The position numbers were made by a program, and so were the translations under genes. Positions 12,741 to 25,200 of a DNA stretch of 64,000 bases are shown one piece after another. Location of the stretch: assembly GCA_965113315.1 (NCBI GenBank), contig OZ220365.1. One strand, given 5' to 3'. A model generated the notes under the pieces. The model worked only from the letters and a program-made list of their open reading frames with translations, did not search any database and was not told where the DNA came from. This DNA is from Podarcis vaucheri (Eukaryota). Numbering within the stretch: position 1 is the stretch's first letter; every line of letters begins with the position of its first letter.

Positions 12741-13612
12741 CTGCAAAATAAAAAGAATTAAGGCTACATTAGTGAGCCATGTTTCACTTCGACTGTCGGG
12801 ATGTGACTCCAGGTCTCAGCAAGATTTCTTCCTTTTTAATGGAATACTAATTAGCATTGTTCTTCGGGATTCTAGTGCACTACATCTGCCTCTGAACAAG
12901 CTGGAAAATCCCTGCACTGAAATGGAGAGGCTCTTATCTTTCAAGGGTTTTCTGCCTGTCTTGTTTTCCTAGCACATTTTCAGCAGTATTTTAGCACTAG
13001 AAGCCGCCTCATCACCAGGAACCCATTCTGGGCTAACTAGTTTTAAAAGAAACCCCAGCTGGATTTAAAGGCACAGAAGGATCAGGCCTTAAAACACACC
13101 ACAAGTTTCACCTCCGCTCATTCTTTTTGATGTCTGAAGGTGGAATTAGTTTGTCCCATTTTCTCCCTGTCACACACTGAGTCACTGAACGGACTCATTT
13201 TTAGAAGACCTTGCAACCTCCGCCTCTCCATCACTTCCAATGATTGTAATGAGACCTGCAAATGGTATTGCATGACAATTGCTTTCGCACTGAAGAAACT
13301 CTGCTAACATTATCCATTAATGCAACCCCAATTATTACTGCAGGCGATGGCGTGCCATCAAAAATTCAACAACAAAAACTTATTTAAATGAATTTTTTTT
13401 AAAAAAAAACAACAACCCCAAACCAAACCTTGCCTCTTGTCAGCAGTGCACAAGACAATTCAGGAGTAAAACAGTCACTGTGTTATGTGATGATAGTGGG
13501 AACCATTCATTCTATTAATGCAGTTAACAAGGGTACAATTCACCAGGCACTTGTCCTTTGAGAGCCCTATGGGAATGGATGGGAATTATGCTCCCTCCTC
13601 AGTAATGATATT

Positions 13613-13658
<46 letters not shown>
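13613..13658. repeat. (TAA)n microsatellite
   Basis: Direct reading. Confidence 0.95.
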
Positions 13659-13694
13659 TTTATACCCCACCATCCCTAGTTCCCTGCAGAACTC

Positions 13695-14095
13695 AGCAGG
13701 GAGGAGGATGTGGACAAAACTAAAATTAGTTGGCTCCAAAGGCCATCCATGAGACAAAGTAAGGCAACTGGGTGTCAGGATCCACGGGGCAGCAAATCCA
13801 GCCTCCAATGAATGCACTGCCTGAGGTTGCTGCAGCAGTGGCAGTAGTGGCTGTGGCCCACTCCTTGGAAGTCAGATCTGCCTCCTCCTCTGCAATGTCC
13901 ACCCAATGCTGCCTCTACAGCTGCCTCTTGGTGAATAGTAGGCTCTGCTGGTATCCTCACACCCCTAGGGAGGAAATAGCAAAGGCTGCCCTCTGAGGTC
14001 TCCTGGGGCCTGCACGACCTGGTGTGATTGGTTCTGGCACCACCTAACATTGGCTTCCCTGCCCAACCAGAACCAATGAGCACCAGCCTCTACTG
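13695..14095. mobile_element. Partial non-autonomous DNA element, same family as 60511-61147, with about 280 bp of extra internal sequence
   Basis: Shared segments acaaaact..aat.agttggctcc and attggttctggc.ccaccta...caccagcc. Confidence 0.5.
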
Positions 14096-15814
14096 GTACT
14101 TCCCCCTGCTGCCACAAGGGGTAATTTGCTGGAACTGCTTGCTGTGAGGGAGCGGGATACTAACACACACACAATAGAGTTACTATGTGCAGATATAGCA
14201 GCTCTATTGTGAGTGTGTGTGTGTTTACAGATAAAGTACAAGATAAGCAAATTATTTCCTGATTATTTTTCTTAAGAGAGCGAGCCTAAAGACACTGGCT
14301 GCAAGACATATTGCTATCCTAAATAGATCCATTCAGCAGCAAATGGCTCCATTTCATCATGTCTAAACAAAGCACCCACCAGAAAGTCTGAAAGTTTCCC
14401 CAGAAAGTTCAAGTGCAACCTTCTGTTTTGTACAGAATCTGCCGGTTCTCAGCTCCCTGTGGGCAAAGCTAGTCAATCCCTCTACAGTATTTGATGGCAT
14501 GTGATGTAAACAAAAGTCCATTAAGATGACAGCAAGGAAAAATGCATTCATTTCTCTGATTCAGCTTTGAATCCACACAGACCAAGAGATAAAAGGCTGT
14601 TGTGCAAGCTTCGTGCATCATCTCTTCATCAAGGAATACTGCAATATCAAATTCTGTGCAAGAGTAACCACTATTCCATGGATGATGTACACAGAAATTA
14701 TTAACATCTGTATGGAAATCGATACCAAGCCTTTCATTTACTCATGCGTCCATCAAAGCACAACATGGAATGACAGTGCAAAAGGGCAACAGACTACATC
14801 TAGGTCTCATGAGAATAACTAAGTCATGCAGCCATCATCAGCAAACTGGTGTGGTCTTCCTCGAGACTTATAAATGATGGATGTGTGTGGGTCACCTGAA
14901 CCCTGAATTACGCTGAAGTGCTGTTGGAAGAGAGATGATATTACGCACATTCCTGTGCTACATCTATTGAGATTATGCTTATAAATAACAACAGATGATT
15001 TTAAAAACCAGCAATGTTTCATATTCGACTCAAAAAAGTCTAGCATTATCTTGATAATCTTCCCTTTGCTGTAGGCTACAGTTAGCTGCCTCCTTTCTTA
15101 TAGCTAGCTACACAGCTTCCCAAAAGAAAACTACAAAGGAAAGGTTACTAATCATGCAATTTGCAAATATTTTGCATTTTATATTCAAGATCTGGACCTC
15201 CCAATTCAATGGTTCAATTATCTCTTTCAATAAGATATGCTAATGATGTTTTTAAAAAACCCCTCACACAGACAGAAAAAATGCCACCAGACACAAGCCA
15301 CCTAGTAGTTGCTGCCTCTGTTCCTTTGATCTTGCAGCAGTTTAAATCTCTGGATTCTTTCTTCTTTTTAACCACACCTATTATATTTCAAAATATACCG
15401 GTACCCTACAAATAGATATACAAATGCACAGGGCATCTGTATTTTTTTGAAAGCTGATTCTATCCCTCTGTCAGAAGAAAGGAAGATGGGTGCTTTATTT
15501 CAATAAGGAAAATAAGCCAATATTCTTCAGAAGCTAGGTTATTTCTAGTGGGGTAATCAAAGGTACTTTGAAAAAGGATAATTGTTATGTAAAAATACCC
15601 CACAAAACATTTTATATCAAAAGATATTTCTGCTGACTTCAACTTTAATAAAAGTAGCATACCAAAATATGGATCAAAACATTCTGAAGATGGCCTTTCA
15701 AGATGGCACAAATCCCCAGTCCTAAATTACCCTTGTGTGACAGCAATTCAGTAGCTCTGTTCCCAAAGATGCAGTTAGAATTCTGTGTTATGAGGAATAT
15801 AGTTATAATTAATT

Positions 15815-16100
15815 AACTAATTTGTACACCACCTTCAGTCAAAAATCTCAGGGTGGTTCTCAGCATAAAAATATAAAATAAAAACACATAATACATAATA
15901 AAAATAAGAACAAAAGCAAAACAAACCAATAGCATGCCCCCCCAAAAAAAATATTTGAAAAGACACAGAATGTTAATCAACCAAAGGCCTGGCTGAAGAG
16001 AAACATTTTCACGTGGCACCTAAAGATGTGCAATGAAGGTGATAGGCAAGCCTCCCTGGGGAGAGCATTCCACAAATTGGGAGCCGCTGCAGAAACTATC
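15815..16100 (-). mobile_element. L2-type LINE 3' fragment
   Basis: Motifs ...tctcagggtggtt... and gggagagcattccacaaattgggagcc, typical of squamate L2 ends in antisense. Confidence 0.6.
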
Positions 16101-19100
16101 GCAAGCCCTGTAATCACCTGGTCCCTGCCCACCATCTAATGTTGTTGTTGATTATTCAGGCAGTTATTGGCTATAGCCAAACTACCCTTTCTAGGGAAGA
16201 CTCTTCAGTGTTGTGGATCACAGATATTGACTTTCTGGCTGCTGTGAGACTGCTCGAGTTGTACAAGGGATTACTGCCCCCCCCCCCGAGCCAGGCTCCT
16301 CAAAGGAATCAAGGGCTTCCATTGCTAACAACCTGACAAATGGTGCTGGGACCATGCCAGATGGGACAAGTGAGCAAGTGCTCCTCTGCACACTAGGAAT
16401 ATTTGGCCCTTTAACAGCCATCTTCTTTAGCCCAAATGGGGTGGACCTTGGGGAAGGTGGACCGGAGGAAGCTAAGCCTTAGTTCACCTTCTGCCTCTGT
16501 CACAGCAAATTGCTCACTTGAATCTATCCATGGTGCTTCAGCCACTGTCCTGCCTTGCTGCTGTGGGAATCTGGTATGGACAGGTCAGAACAATTAGTTC
16601 TGATACATATATTTTCATTTTGCTGGAAGTGGAGCCTTGCAAGGAACAGGACTGATGGAGAACAGGCCCCAGTAAGCTGTAGAGGGACAGAATTGCCAGT
16701 CAGCTGATGGGTTTGAGACTTCCCATGCCACTCAAGGATAAAAAATGCAAATATGTAATTGACATTGAAATAATAAAACTGCCTCGGCTATACCATTTTG
16801 GGTTGCAGGTGGGTACTGGGCCTCCATAAACACACACTAATTATTATTAGAAATATTATAGTCTAGCCTTCTCCTTGGCATGTTAGTTTTTCTGTGTGCA
16901 GGAATCCTTTTACAGTCAGGGAGCCATCCCACCCTGGGAACCCTTATTGGCAAGCCTGAAGTGCTGCAATCAGAAGCCCAAACACAAAGCTGCTACCTCA
17001 CTGAGAACTAGGATTCAGTATGCTTCCCTTGCATTCAGATGTACCTCCTCGCACCTTGAGCTGAATGTGAATGATCAGAAAGGAGTGTTCTGTCTGTGAT
17101 TGTCAAGGTGATTACTAAAAAAAGAAGATGATGAACAGCATCGATTTCATTTCCAAACGAAAAAGGAAATATCCAAATGAATGGGAACAAAGTTAAAAAC
17201 ATTGGCTCACGATTCCCCTGTCCCTAGGAGATTATTTAGACAATTTTATGTATTTATTCCAGGTCTAAAACATATTAAGTCATAAATATTTTATCTTTCC
17301 TCCCCCCTCTCATTCTTCCTTTCCATCTCTCGTAGGACTCTAACCAATAAAAAAACAGGAATGCAAACATTGGTGACAGCAAAATTAAAGCTGAAAACAG
17401 AACCTTTTTTTTTTATTAAGCCATATAACATGCCATGGCATGTGTCCCTACTCATACAAATCACATATCATGCTTTCTTGCTAGGCAGCAGGCCAATGGC
17501 AAATGCTATTAACCATCTAGGTGTGTGATTATTACATGATAAGGCGTTGTACGCCCTTGAGCCTGCTGTCATACAGTAATTTATTGGCAGAAAGTGAGCA
17601 AATGTTAATATATTTCATGTAGTCAGTAAATATAAACATTATGCCTGCACCTGCTTCTGTCTGTATTAGTCAACTAATAAGAAAAAGTATAATTTGGTAT
17701 AGCATAGCAGCATTTGATTGGTGTGGTGTGCTAAGTCTTCTCTAAATTGTGAAACATCATGGTTGGATCCCAGCCCTACTCCTTGTAGTGCAATTGTCAA
17801 TACTCTTCAATAGGAGGGTCAGGTTAAACATCATGTTACTACACAAGATGATGTTTGTGGTGTTGTCTGCAAGTTTAGATGCCTTTGATAAAACGATTAG
17901 GAAAATTCATGGAAGTTATGTCTGTTAATGGTCATTAGCTATGATGGCATAATGGAACCTCTGTGTAAATGGGCAAAATTCCTTGGATTATTAGAAGCAA
18001 GACATAAGCAAGACATAAATAAAACAGAAGATAAGCATCACTTTCACAGCATGCCCTGCTAGTGAGCTTCCAGAAGAAAATGCTGGACTAACAGAACCTC
18101 AATTTTCTGCTGAGCCTGGAATATACACACATCCTTTTAAAGATCAGTGTGAGCTTGATGATCAAGAGATCTACACAGCTCCATTTTTTATATTGAGGTA
18201 GAACTTTTTGATTCATTAATTAATGTTGCAACCCTGCTATCGTCGCGTTTTATAGACAGGAATTAAGAATTTTAGACAGGAAGTCAATCTGGGGTTTTGA
18301 GGTCTTCAACAACGTACCCTAACAATGATCCCATACGTCTGTCAGGCCCAGACCTACCACTGGGCCGAGTGAGATGCTTTCAGTACTATTTTCACCTCAG
18401 GAAGCAAAATGTCTTGGCCCAGAACTGTAGACATTCCTGCTTTAATAAACATTTACATTGTGGAACAGAATAAAACTATGCTTAGTTATGGGGTTTAATT
18501 GTTTTTGTATGCTGGAGAAACAGAGATAAGAGGTAATTCCAGTTCTTGAAGGATTACTGGTTAAAAGAGAAAGGAAACAGAAAAAGGGAAGAGGGACAAA
18601 AAGGAATTGTGACAACCAATTGCACTGAAAAATAGTCACAGTCTTGTTTGCTAAAATTGCCTGTATGGGGTTTGTCTTTCATTATGACATAGTCATTTCT
18701 GGTACACAAGCAGTTCTATAAAAAGGAAGATTAAACATGAATGTCAGAGTAAGCTAGGGTGTTACTAAGACATGAAAAACAGACCTGGTTTTGTAAATTT
18801 CATAGAAATGGCATGTTTAGTGGCTTTGTTCCTAAAAAGCATAAGGTGTACTGTCACTTTAGTACAGGTCAAAGCTGGGATACGCATGAATATTCATTTG
18901 AGATATGCAACTCAAACAGATACATTAAATGTAGTCACACATTCAATGTAACATACAGTTTGACCTTAAGGTAAAACAATTCCCGAATGTTCTTCACTCA
19001 TACATTTTTCCTTTGGTTTGCTCTCATTTTCTAGTACTTAGACCTTTTAACAGCTATTGTTGCCATCACCCTTTTCATTATTAGAAGACTCTTTCTAGTA

Positions 19101-21234
19101 AATTTGGGCAGTAACACTTGCCTACCACCAACAGTCATACTAAGTTTCACATAATCTTACAACAGAAATTAATTTTAAATTATTCTCAGTCAGCATGTAA
19201 CAAACCCCAGTATCAGATAATTATGAATCTATTACAGAGCTAATGCAGTCCATAATTTACACAAGATCTATATTGTTGCCAGTATGCCACAATGCTGTAC
19301 AGATTCCTGTACATTCAGTAAGGCATATTTGCATGTAAGCATCCAGAATATTTTAGCCTAAATATCTTTCAGTGAGATAGCAAAATCATCACTGAAAATA
19401 TTGGTAATATGGGAGCCTCCTGAAAAGAGATGATGAGAGATAAATATGCATTGTAACTAAAATCTCAATGCTTATACCATATACATAAATATCATTACAT
19501 CAACCTTCATTTGATATAAAACACACCACACAATTGTACAAGCAGTGTGTTATTGCAAAATATCTAAACAGCCAGTACACAACAGATGAACAATCATCAG
19601 GATGACTGATGCTTATGAGGACTAGAACTTTGGAAGCAATTTTGCCTGTCATTATGTAAATATTGGCCTATGTTTAACATTATCAATGGAATCTTATTAT
19701 TTATTATATACTCATTTTTATACCATATCTTTAAAAAAAATAATCATAGAGAACAGATGTATTTTCTGGAAAAGACTCATGTTGAAAATTTAACAACATG
19801 ATTTGGTAAAGGTTTGCTTACCAATTGTCCATGAAAATAATAATGAATTTTTCTCAGATCTTTTGGGATGGATTACAAATAGATTGTGGCAACTCCTGAG
19901 AGTTACCAGTGATACTTCCCACAGGTCTCCTGAAATGGGAAGAACAGCCAGAAAGTGTGAATAATTCACTGGAATCCTGGCATTTTGACTGACTATACTA
20001 AAAGCTCAATTGTGTAATTTGCACAACTCCGCTCCCATTTTCTTGCTGAGCTCCTACAAGCTTTACTGAGTCCTCAGAAGAATGGCCACCAATGAGCTCC
20101 TTGGTCTTTCTTCTTGTCTGTCCTTTGAAATTGACTTGTGCCCTGGGCAAACCACTGAAACAGGAGACAAGCTTAGTGGAGTTTCTTCATCGGTGAACTT
20201 TATTTCTGGCAGTCAAATACATGTGTTATAACGCCACATTTACATTATGTGCAATTTCTCTCCAGAAATACAGAAAGCAATTCATAGCAGGAGGAGAGAG
20301 GTTAAGCACAGAGGTTCTCAGTGCTTTTCCTTTTAACTTCAATATACAAGATCCTATTCAAAAGCAATAATTCACTCTATAATAACTCTCTTTTCTCCAA
20401 GCTGGGGTGGTGGTGGTAGAATCAAAGAGTTTTAGAAAGAATCCAAAGGGCTGGGTCATTAACCACTTGTGGCACAAAACATAACTCTCTTAGAATTCAG
20501 AAAAGAGTGTTGAACAACTGCATATAAATGCGAGAGTCTTACAGTAAAATATTTTCTCCTGATCAAGCTAGGAGTGAGAGATGTATTGTGGATGTACCCT
20601 GGACTGGAAAAGTAACAGAACATTCACATGGGTGTTATGTACAATGGCCATTTCTCTCCTGGACCCACCTGCAAGGGCTATGTGGTTTGAGCCCTTTTCA
20701 ATAAGCAATAATGGTGTCTCTGAATCTATTCAGGGTTAAAAGTGGGCTAAAGTTAATACCCCTCCACATTTCCTCATCTTCATAACAACTGATTTCTTCT
20801 TTTTGAAGAGAGTGATGTATGTGTAGCCCCAGCAGCTAAATTCAAGAGAAAAACTGTGTGAGCAGAATTGGGGACTAAACAACAGTGGACATCAGAGTTG
20901 AGCAGGGTGATTTTTAAAATAGAAACAAAATAATCTTACTAATGGTTTCTCTCTACAATTGAAAATATTACTCCCAGTTCTTAAATAACGGAAACACGTT
21001 TATGGGCCCAGATGACAAAAAAAGCATCAGAAGAAATACAGTTTTTGCTTCTTAGCAAATACATTGCTACTGGTTTGGTGTTGAACTAACTGGTGATCTC
21101 TCGGGGTCTCTTCCAACCCTGTGTGCTTGTGATTGTAAAAATAAAAACTATAAGGTGGTAAAAAACAACCCCTGGCTGAACAGGTCTAGCTGGACATAGT
21201 CTAAGGTAAACTAAGGTGATCAGTTGCCATAGGG

Positions 21235-21350
21235 CAGGAGTGGAGATTTTCTGGCCCTCCAGATGTCGATGAACTATAATTTCCATCAGCCCTAGTAAGC
21301 ATGGAAGTTATCATTCTCCAACACCTGGGGGCCAAAGGTTACTACACCAG
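21235..21350. mobile_element. hAT-type MITE
   Basis: 8-bp TSD ccataggg (21227-21234, 21351-21358); ggccctccagatgt core shared with 63319. Confidence 0.78.
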
Positions 21351-21697
21351 CCATAGGGAATAACTGGTAGATCTTCATTTACTGTAAATGATGACTGGTA
21401 AGTATTCTGGGAGAGGAGAGCCATTTTGGGGAAGGGGGCATGCATTACCTCCTGCACCTTCATTGAGAAACTGATGTGGGAGTACTGAACCTACGACAGC
21501 CATTGGAGTGTTTAATACTGTAATTCCACCTGTGCTCAACCTTCATGCTTCTAAACAAACACAAATATTACAAAGCACCAGCAAGCCTCCAGTAAAGTCA
21601 CGCCTTCCCTTGTTAATTTTAAAGAGCCTCAAAGACTCATTTCTTCATCATGGCCTTTGGGGGTTGAGCTATTGGATGCTGTTCTCCAGAGATAGAT

Positions 21698-21783
21698 GGA
21701 CTATTTGTATTTTGATTCTTTTTTAAATGGTTCTGTTGTTGGACTATTTGTATTTTGATTCTTTTTTAAATGGTTCTGTTGTT
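21698..21783. repeat. Perfect 43-bp tandem duplication
   Basis: ggactatttgtattttgattcttttttaaatggttctgttgtt x2. Confidence 0.95.
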
Positions 21784-21829
21784 GTGATAGATTTTATATA
21801 TATATATATATATATATAAAATCTATCAC
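21784..21829. repeat. Perfect 46-bp palindrome centred on (AT)11
   Basis: gtgatagatttt-(at)11-aaaatctatcac. Confidence 0.95.
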
Positions 21830-21971
21830 TTTGGGGCAATTTTGCCTAAAACATAGTTGCACACCCTATTAAATAATAGTTAAATTCCAAAGGAAACCAA
21901 GCCCTGGTAACCAGTGAACCACTGAACATCTTATTGTGTAGAGAATTTGGGAATACCTAACAGTATGTATG

Positions 21972-22216
21972 CTCGTTTAAGAAGGCCTTCTTGTCTCTCC
22001 TTACTATTTATTTATTTATTTTTTTGAAATCTGCATTCAATTTCCTGTATCTTTCACTATCTCCCTCGCATTTTGCTTGCCTTCTCTCCCCCGCTATTTG
22101 TAAGGCCTCGTTGAAGCTACCAGCATGAGTTTGAGGCAGTGGAAGACAGGAGTGCCTGGCGTGCTCTGGTCCATGGGGTCACGAAGAGTCGGACACGACT
22201 AAACAACTAAACAACA
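21972..22216 (+). mobile_element. BovB (RTE) LINE insertion, 5'-truncated, with inverted 5' segment
   Basis: 22111-22216 matches the 3' end of the BovB copy at 45369-45494. 21972-22113 resembles BovB ORF sequence in antisense (reverse complement encodes NEALQIA... and RRDKKAFLNE). 13-bp TSD aacagtatgtatg at 21959-21971 and 22217-22229. Confidence 0.85.
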
Positions 22217-25200
22217 AACAGTATGTATGAAATTAAAAAGAATGGAAACTGACGGGCACAGTTCATATGTTACCAGCGTGTCACAGGTCTTTTATTTTGT
22301 TTGGTTATACCATTTATATGTTCATTTTACATTGAAAGGTTTTGAACACATATTACTGGTAGATTCATGGATCTTCAGTTCTGTTTTAAATTATGTTTTT
22401 GAGTATGATTCTATTCCTATCCCACCAAAATGTTGTTCAACATTTCATTATGTAAGATTAGCCTATGGGTAGGTACTTTATAATTTGCATAATTTTACTT
22501 TCTATTATGCTATGGGCTCAACTGTTCTTTATAATTTTTACAACTCAGCTCTGATTTTATCAGTGGAACTTATTGTTTAACAAAAATGATCCCCCCCCCA
22601 GCTCTGATTGTAGCATGAGTCCTCAGAGTGGATACCAGTGAATCTCTTCATCTATCATTTTGTCTGTTCTTTGAAACGAACTTGTGCCTTTGGCACATCA
22701 TTGGAAGGATTAGCAGAGTTTCTCTATCTGTGAACATCACTGCTAAGATAAAATTTTAAAAAGCTACTTATGTTCTATCACTTAATCATCCAGTCCACCA
22801 GTAGGTGGATCCTATATGTTCTACTTGTTTAACCATCTCACAGGCACCTACCAGAAAACAACAAAAAATCAGGATAAAATGCAAAGAAACAGATTATATT
22901 GTACACGTGCCTACATCTCTATATTGAGGGCAGCTTGTAATAAATTTTATCATAACAGAAGAAATCTCAGTTAAACTGAAAACTAATTAGGATCCATATG
23001 CTTATGTCAGAGAAAAGAGTCTGACTGCTACAATACTGCTGACTGTGGGTGGATCTTTAAAATAGTGCTGATGTTATACACTACAGACAACAGATGACTA
23101 GAGTAATTGTGTTTGCACACCAGGCACTGCAATATTCACAAATAAATGGCATACATGAGTCATTTTGTACTCATAAGTACCAGAATATACTCACAACCAA
23201 CAATCTATTAATAAAGGTAGTCTCCTGATAGGGAATTAGAGGCAGAGTAACAAGAGGCAGAAAGGACCAGGCCTGTACTGTGGCCTGCCACTGTTTCAGT
23301 GGCTTGCAAACTGAATTGCTAGGACAAACATTTAGAAAGCAAAAGCCACATTTCAGACACAGTGCAGGGTCAGTGCAGCTGCACGGTCTGCAAGGCAGAA
23401 CGTGGCCTCCTACATAAGCTGGTATCTCCTTAGGAGCAACTTCCTGAACTTGCTGAGTTGGTAGATCCTATGTGGAGATTCCCCAGGAATTTAGATTCTC
23501 CCTTCACTATAAATCCCATGTCACAGCTCTATACAGAAACACCATGGCAGGAGTTAGAGGAACCAAACAGTTTTTAGGAGTGGGGACACTGTCCAGTGCA
23601 TGAGTGGCCAAAATAAAGGGAAGCACTCATGTCTCCACAAACAGGAGTAAGAGGCACCCGCAAACCTCTAGCAGGTCAACGATGGAGACATTTTAACAGC
23701 TGTCCTTCCTTGCATCTTTCATTTATGGCACAAACATCAGCTACTGTGCAAACAGGGCACTGGGCAATTACAAAAAAGAAAACTCCAGGAGGAAAATGAA
23801 AGTTTCCTTTTCTCCACCTGATGCCTGACCATGCTTGGAACAAGAATGTTAGAGATTGCTTCTAAGAGCAATGAAGCACTGTTGCCATGTCATATTAATG
23901 CAACTGGAAGGCAAATTTCCTCAGACTTATGGTAATCACATGATAGCTTTCATGTAGTCAGGCTATCATAGAGCAGCTGCTATGTTTGGAATTTCTAATG
24001 TATCTATAAAGAGTTAGACATCAGGTGATACTCCTGCTATACGATAGTTATTACTTCAGCTGGTCAAGTGAATTACTGCTGAGCATACGTTTGTGAGTGT
24101 ACCTTTCTGACTGATTACATTTAAATAAATTTGCATAGTACCAAAATCAGGAATTCTTAGAAAGTCAAATTTTCACCCCTTCTTAAATATGTGTGTACAT
24201 ATGTCAATAGCAGTTCCTTTCATCATTAAATACAGCCAACAACTCATGGCACACACACAAAGGCTAGGGTCTTAATTTTTTTTAAGATTTCTTGCCTTTA
24301 TATTGAAGGAAGGCTCTGATCCTGGCATTGTCTCCAGAATTGATGAATGCATGTATAAACATAACATATTGTCATCACAAATAAATGTCCTTCCCTGTTA
24401 TTAATCTGATTACCCAAAGGAGCTGGAATCACTATAGCATTCTTTAGGAGGCAAGACAGGACAGTGACCTCTTCCAAACTCAATCAGTCTTGACAGTACT
24501 TGGTAATGCTTGTTAAAATTCATTGACTTTAGCAGCACAGTATGTATGGCAATAAGTGGCTGGTTGTAAGCCACTGGAACATTTATTTGGTACCAGCTGT
24601 ATTCACAGATGAAGCACAGAGCAACTTCACATGCTAACAATGAAACACAAAGGAAGTCCAAGTGACTTGTGTGTCTTTATTTGTATATTGATGCTTCCTG
24701 TATATTATCCAAAGAGGGTACCCATTCATCTCCTTGATGAGATATGTTAGCTCCCACATACAGAGCTACTGATCATATTTCTCCCCAAAGTGAAACTTCA
24801 AATGTTACACAGAAAGTGCACAAAGGATGTGTGACATGCACACACTTCCTCTGCCAACTCTCCTTCATATTGTCCAAAACAATTCATAGTCTCTGCCCAA
24901 TTTTCATTAGACAGAAACAGCAGGAGAAAAGGGAAAGGTTAATGCTAAACTTCATTCACATCAGTGGGTGTGCTGCTCAACAACAGGTGCCATTGGACAC
25001 CATCACTCCTCTCTTACTATTTCCGCGCATGCATGCTTCTGCCTCCCACCCCACCCCCCAATGATTCCTCCATGAAAACAGGAAAGAACTGTATGCTGGT
25101 ATGCCAACCCAAATTTCATCACTTTACTCTCACAATTTTCTGGGTTAAGGAGACTGCAAGTAGATTTTTTTCTGGAATCAGATAACATGGAAATGAGCAC

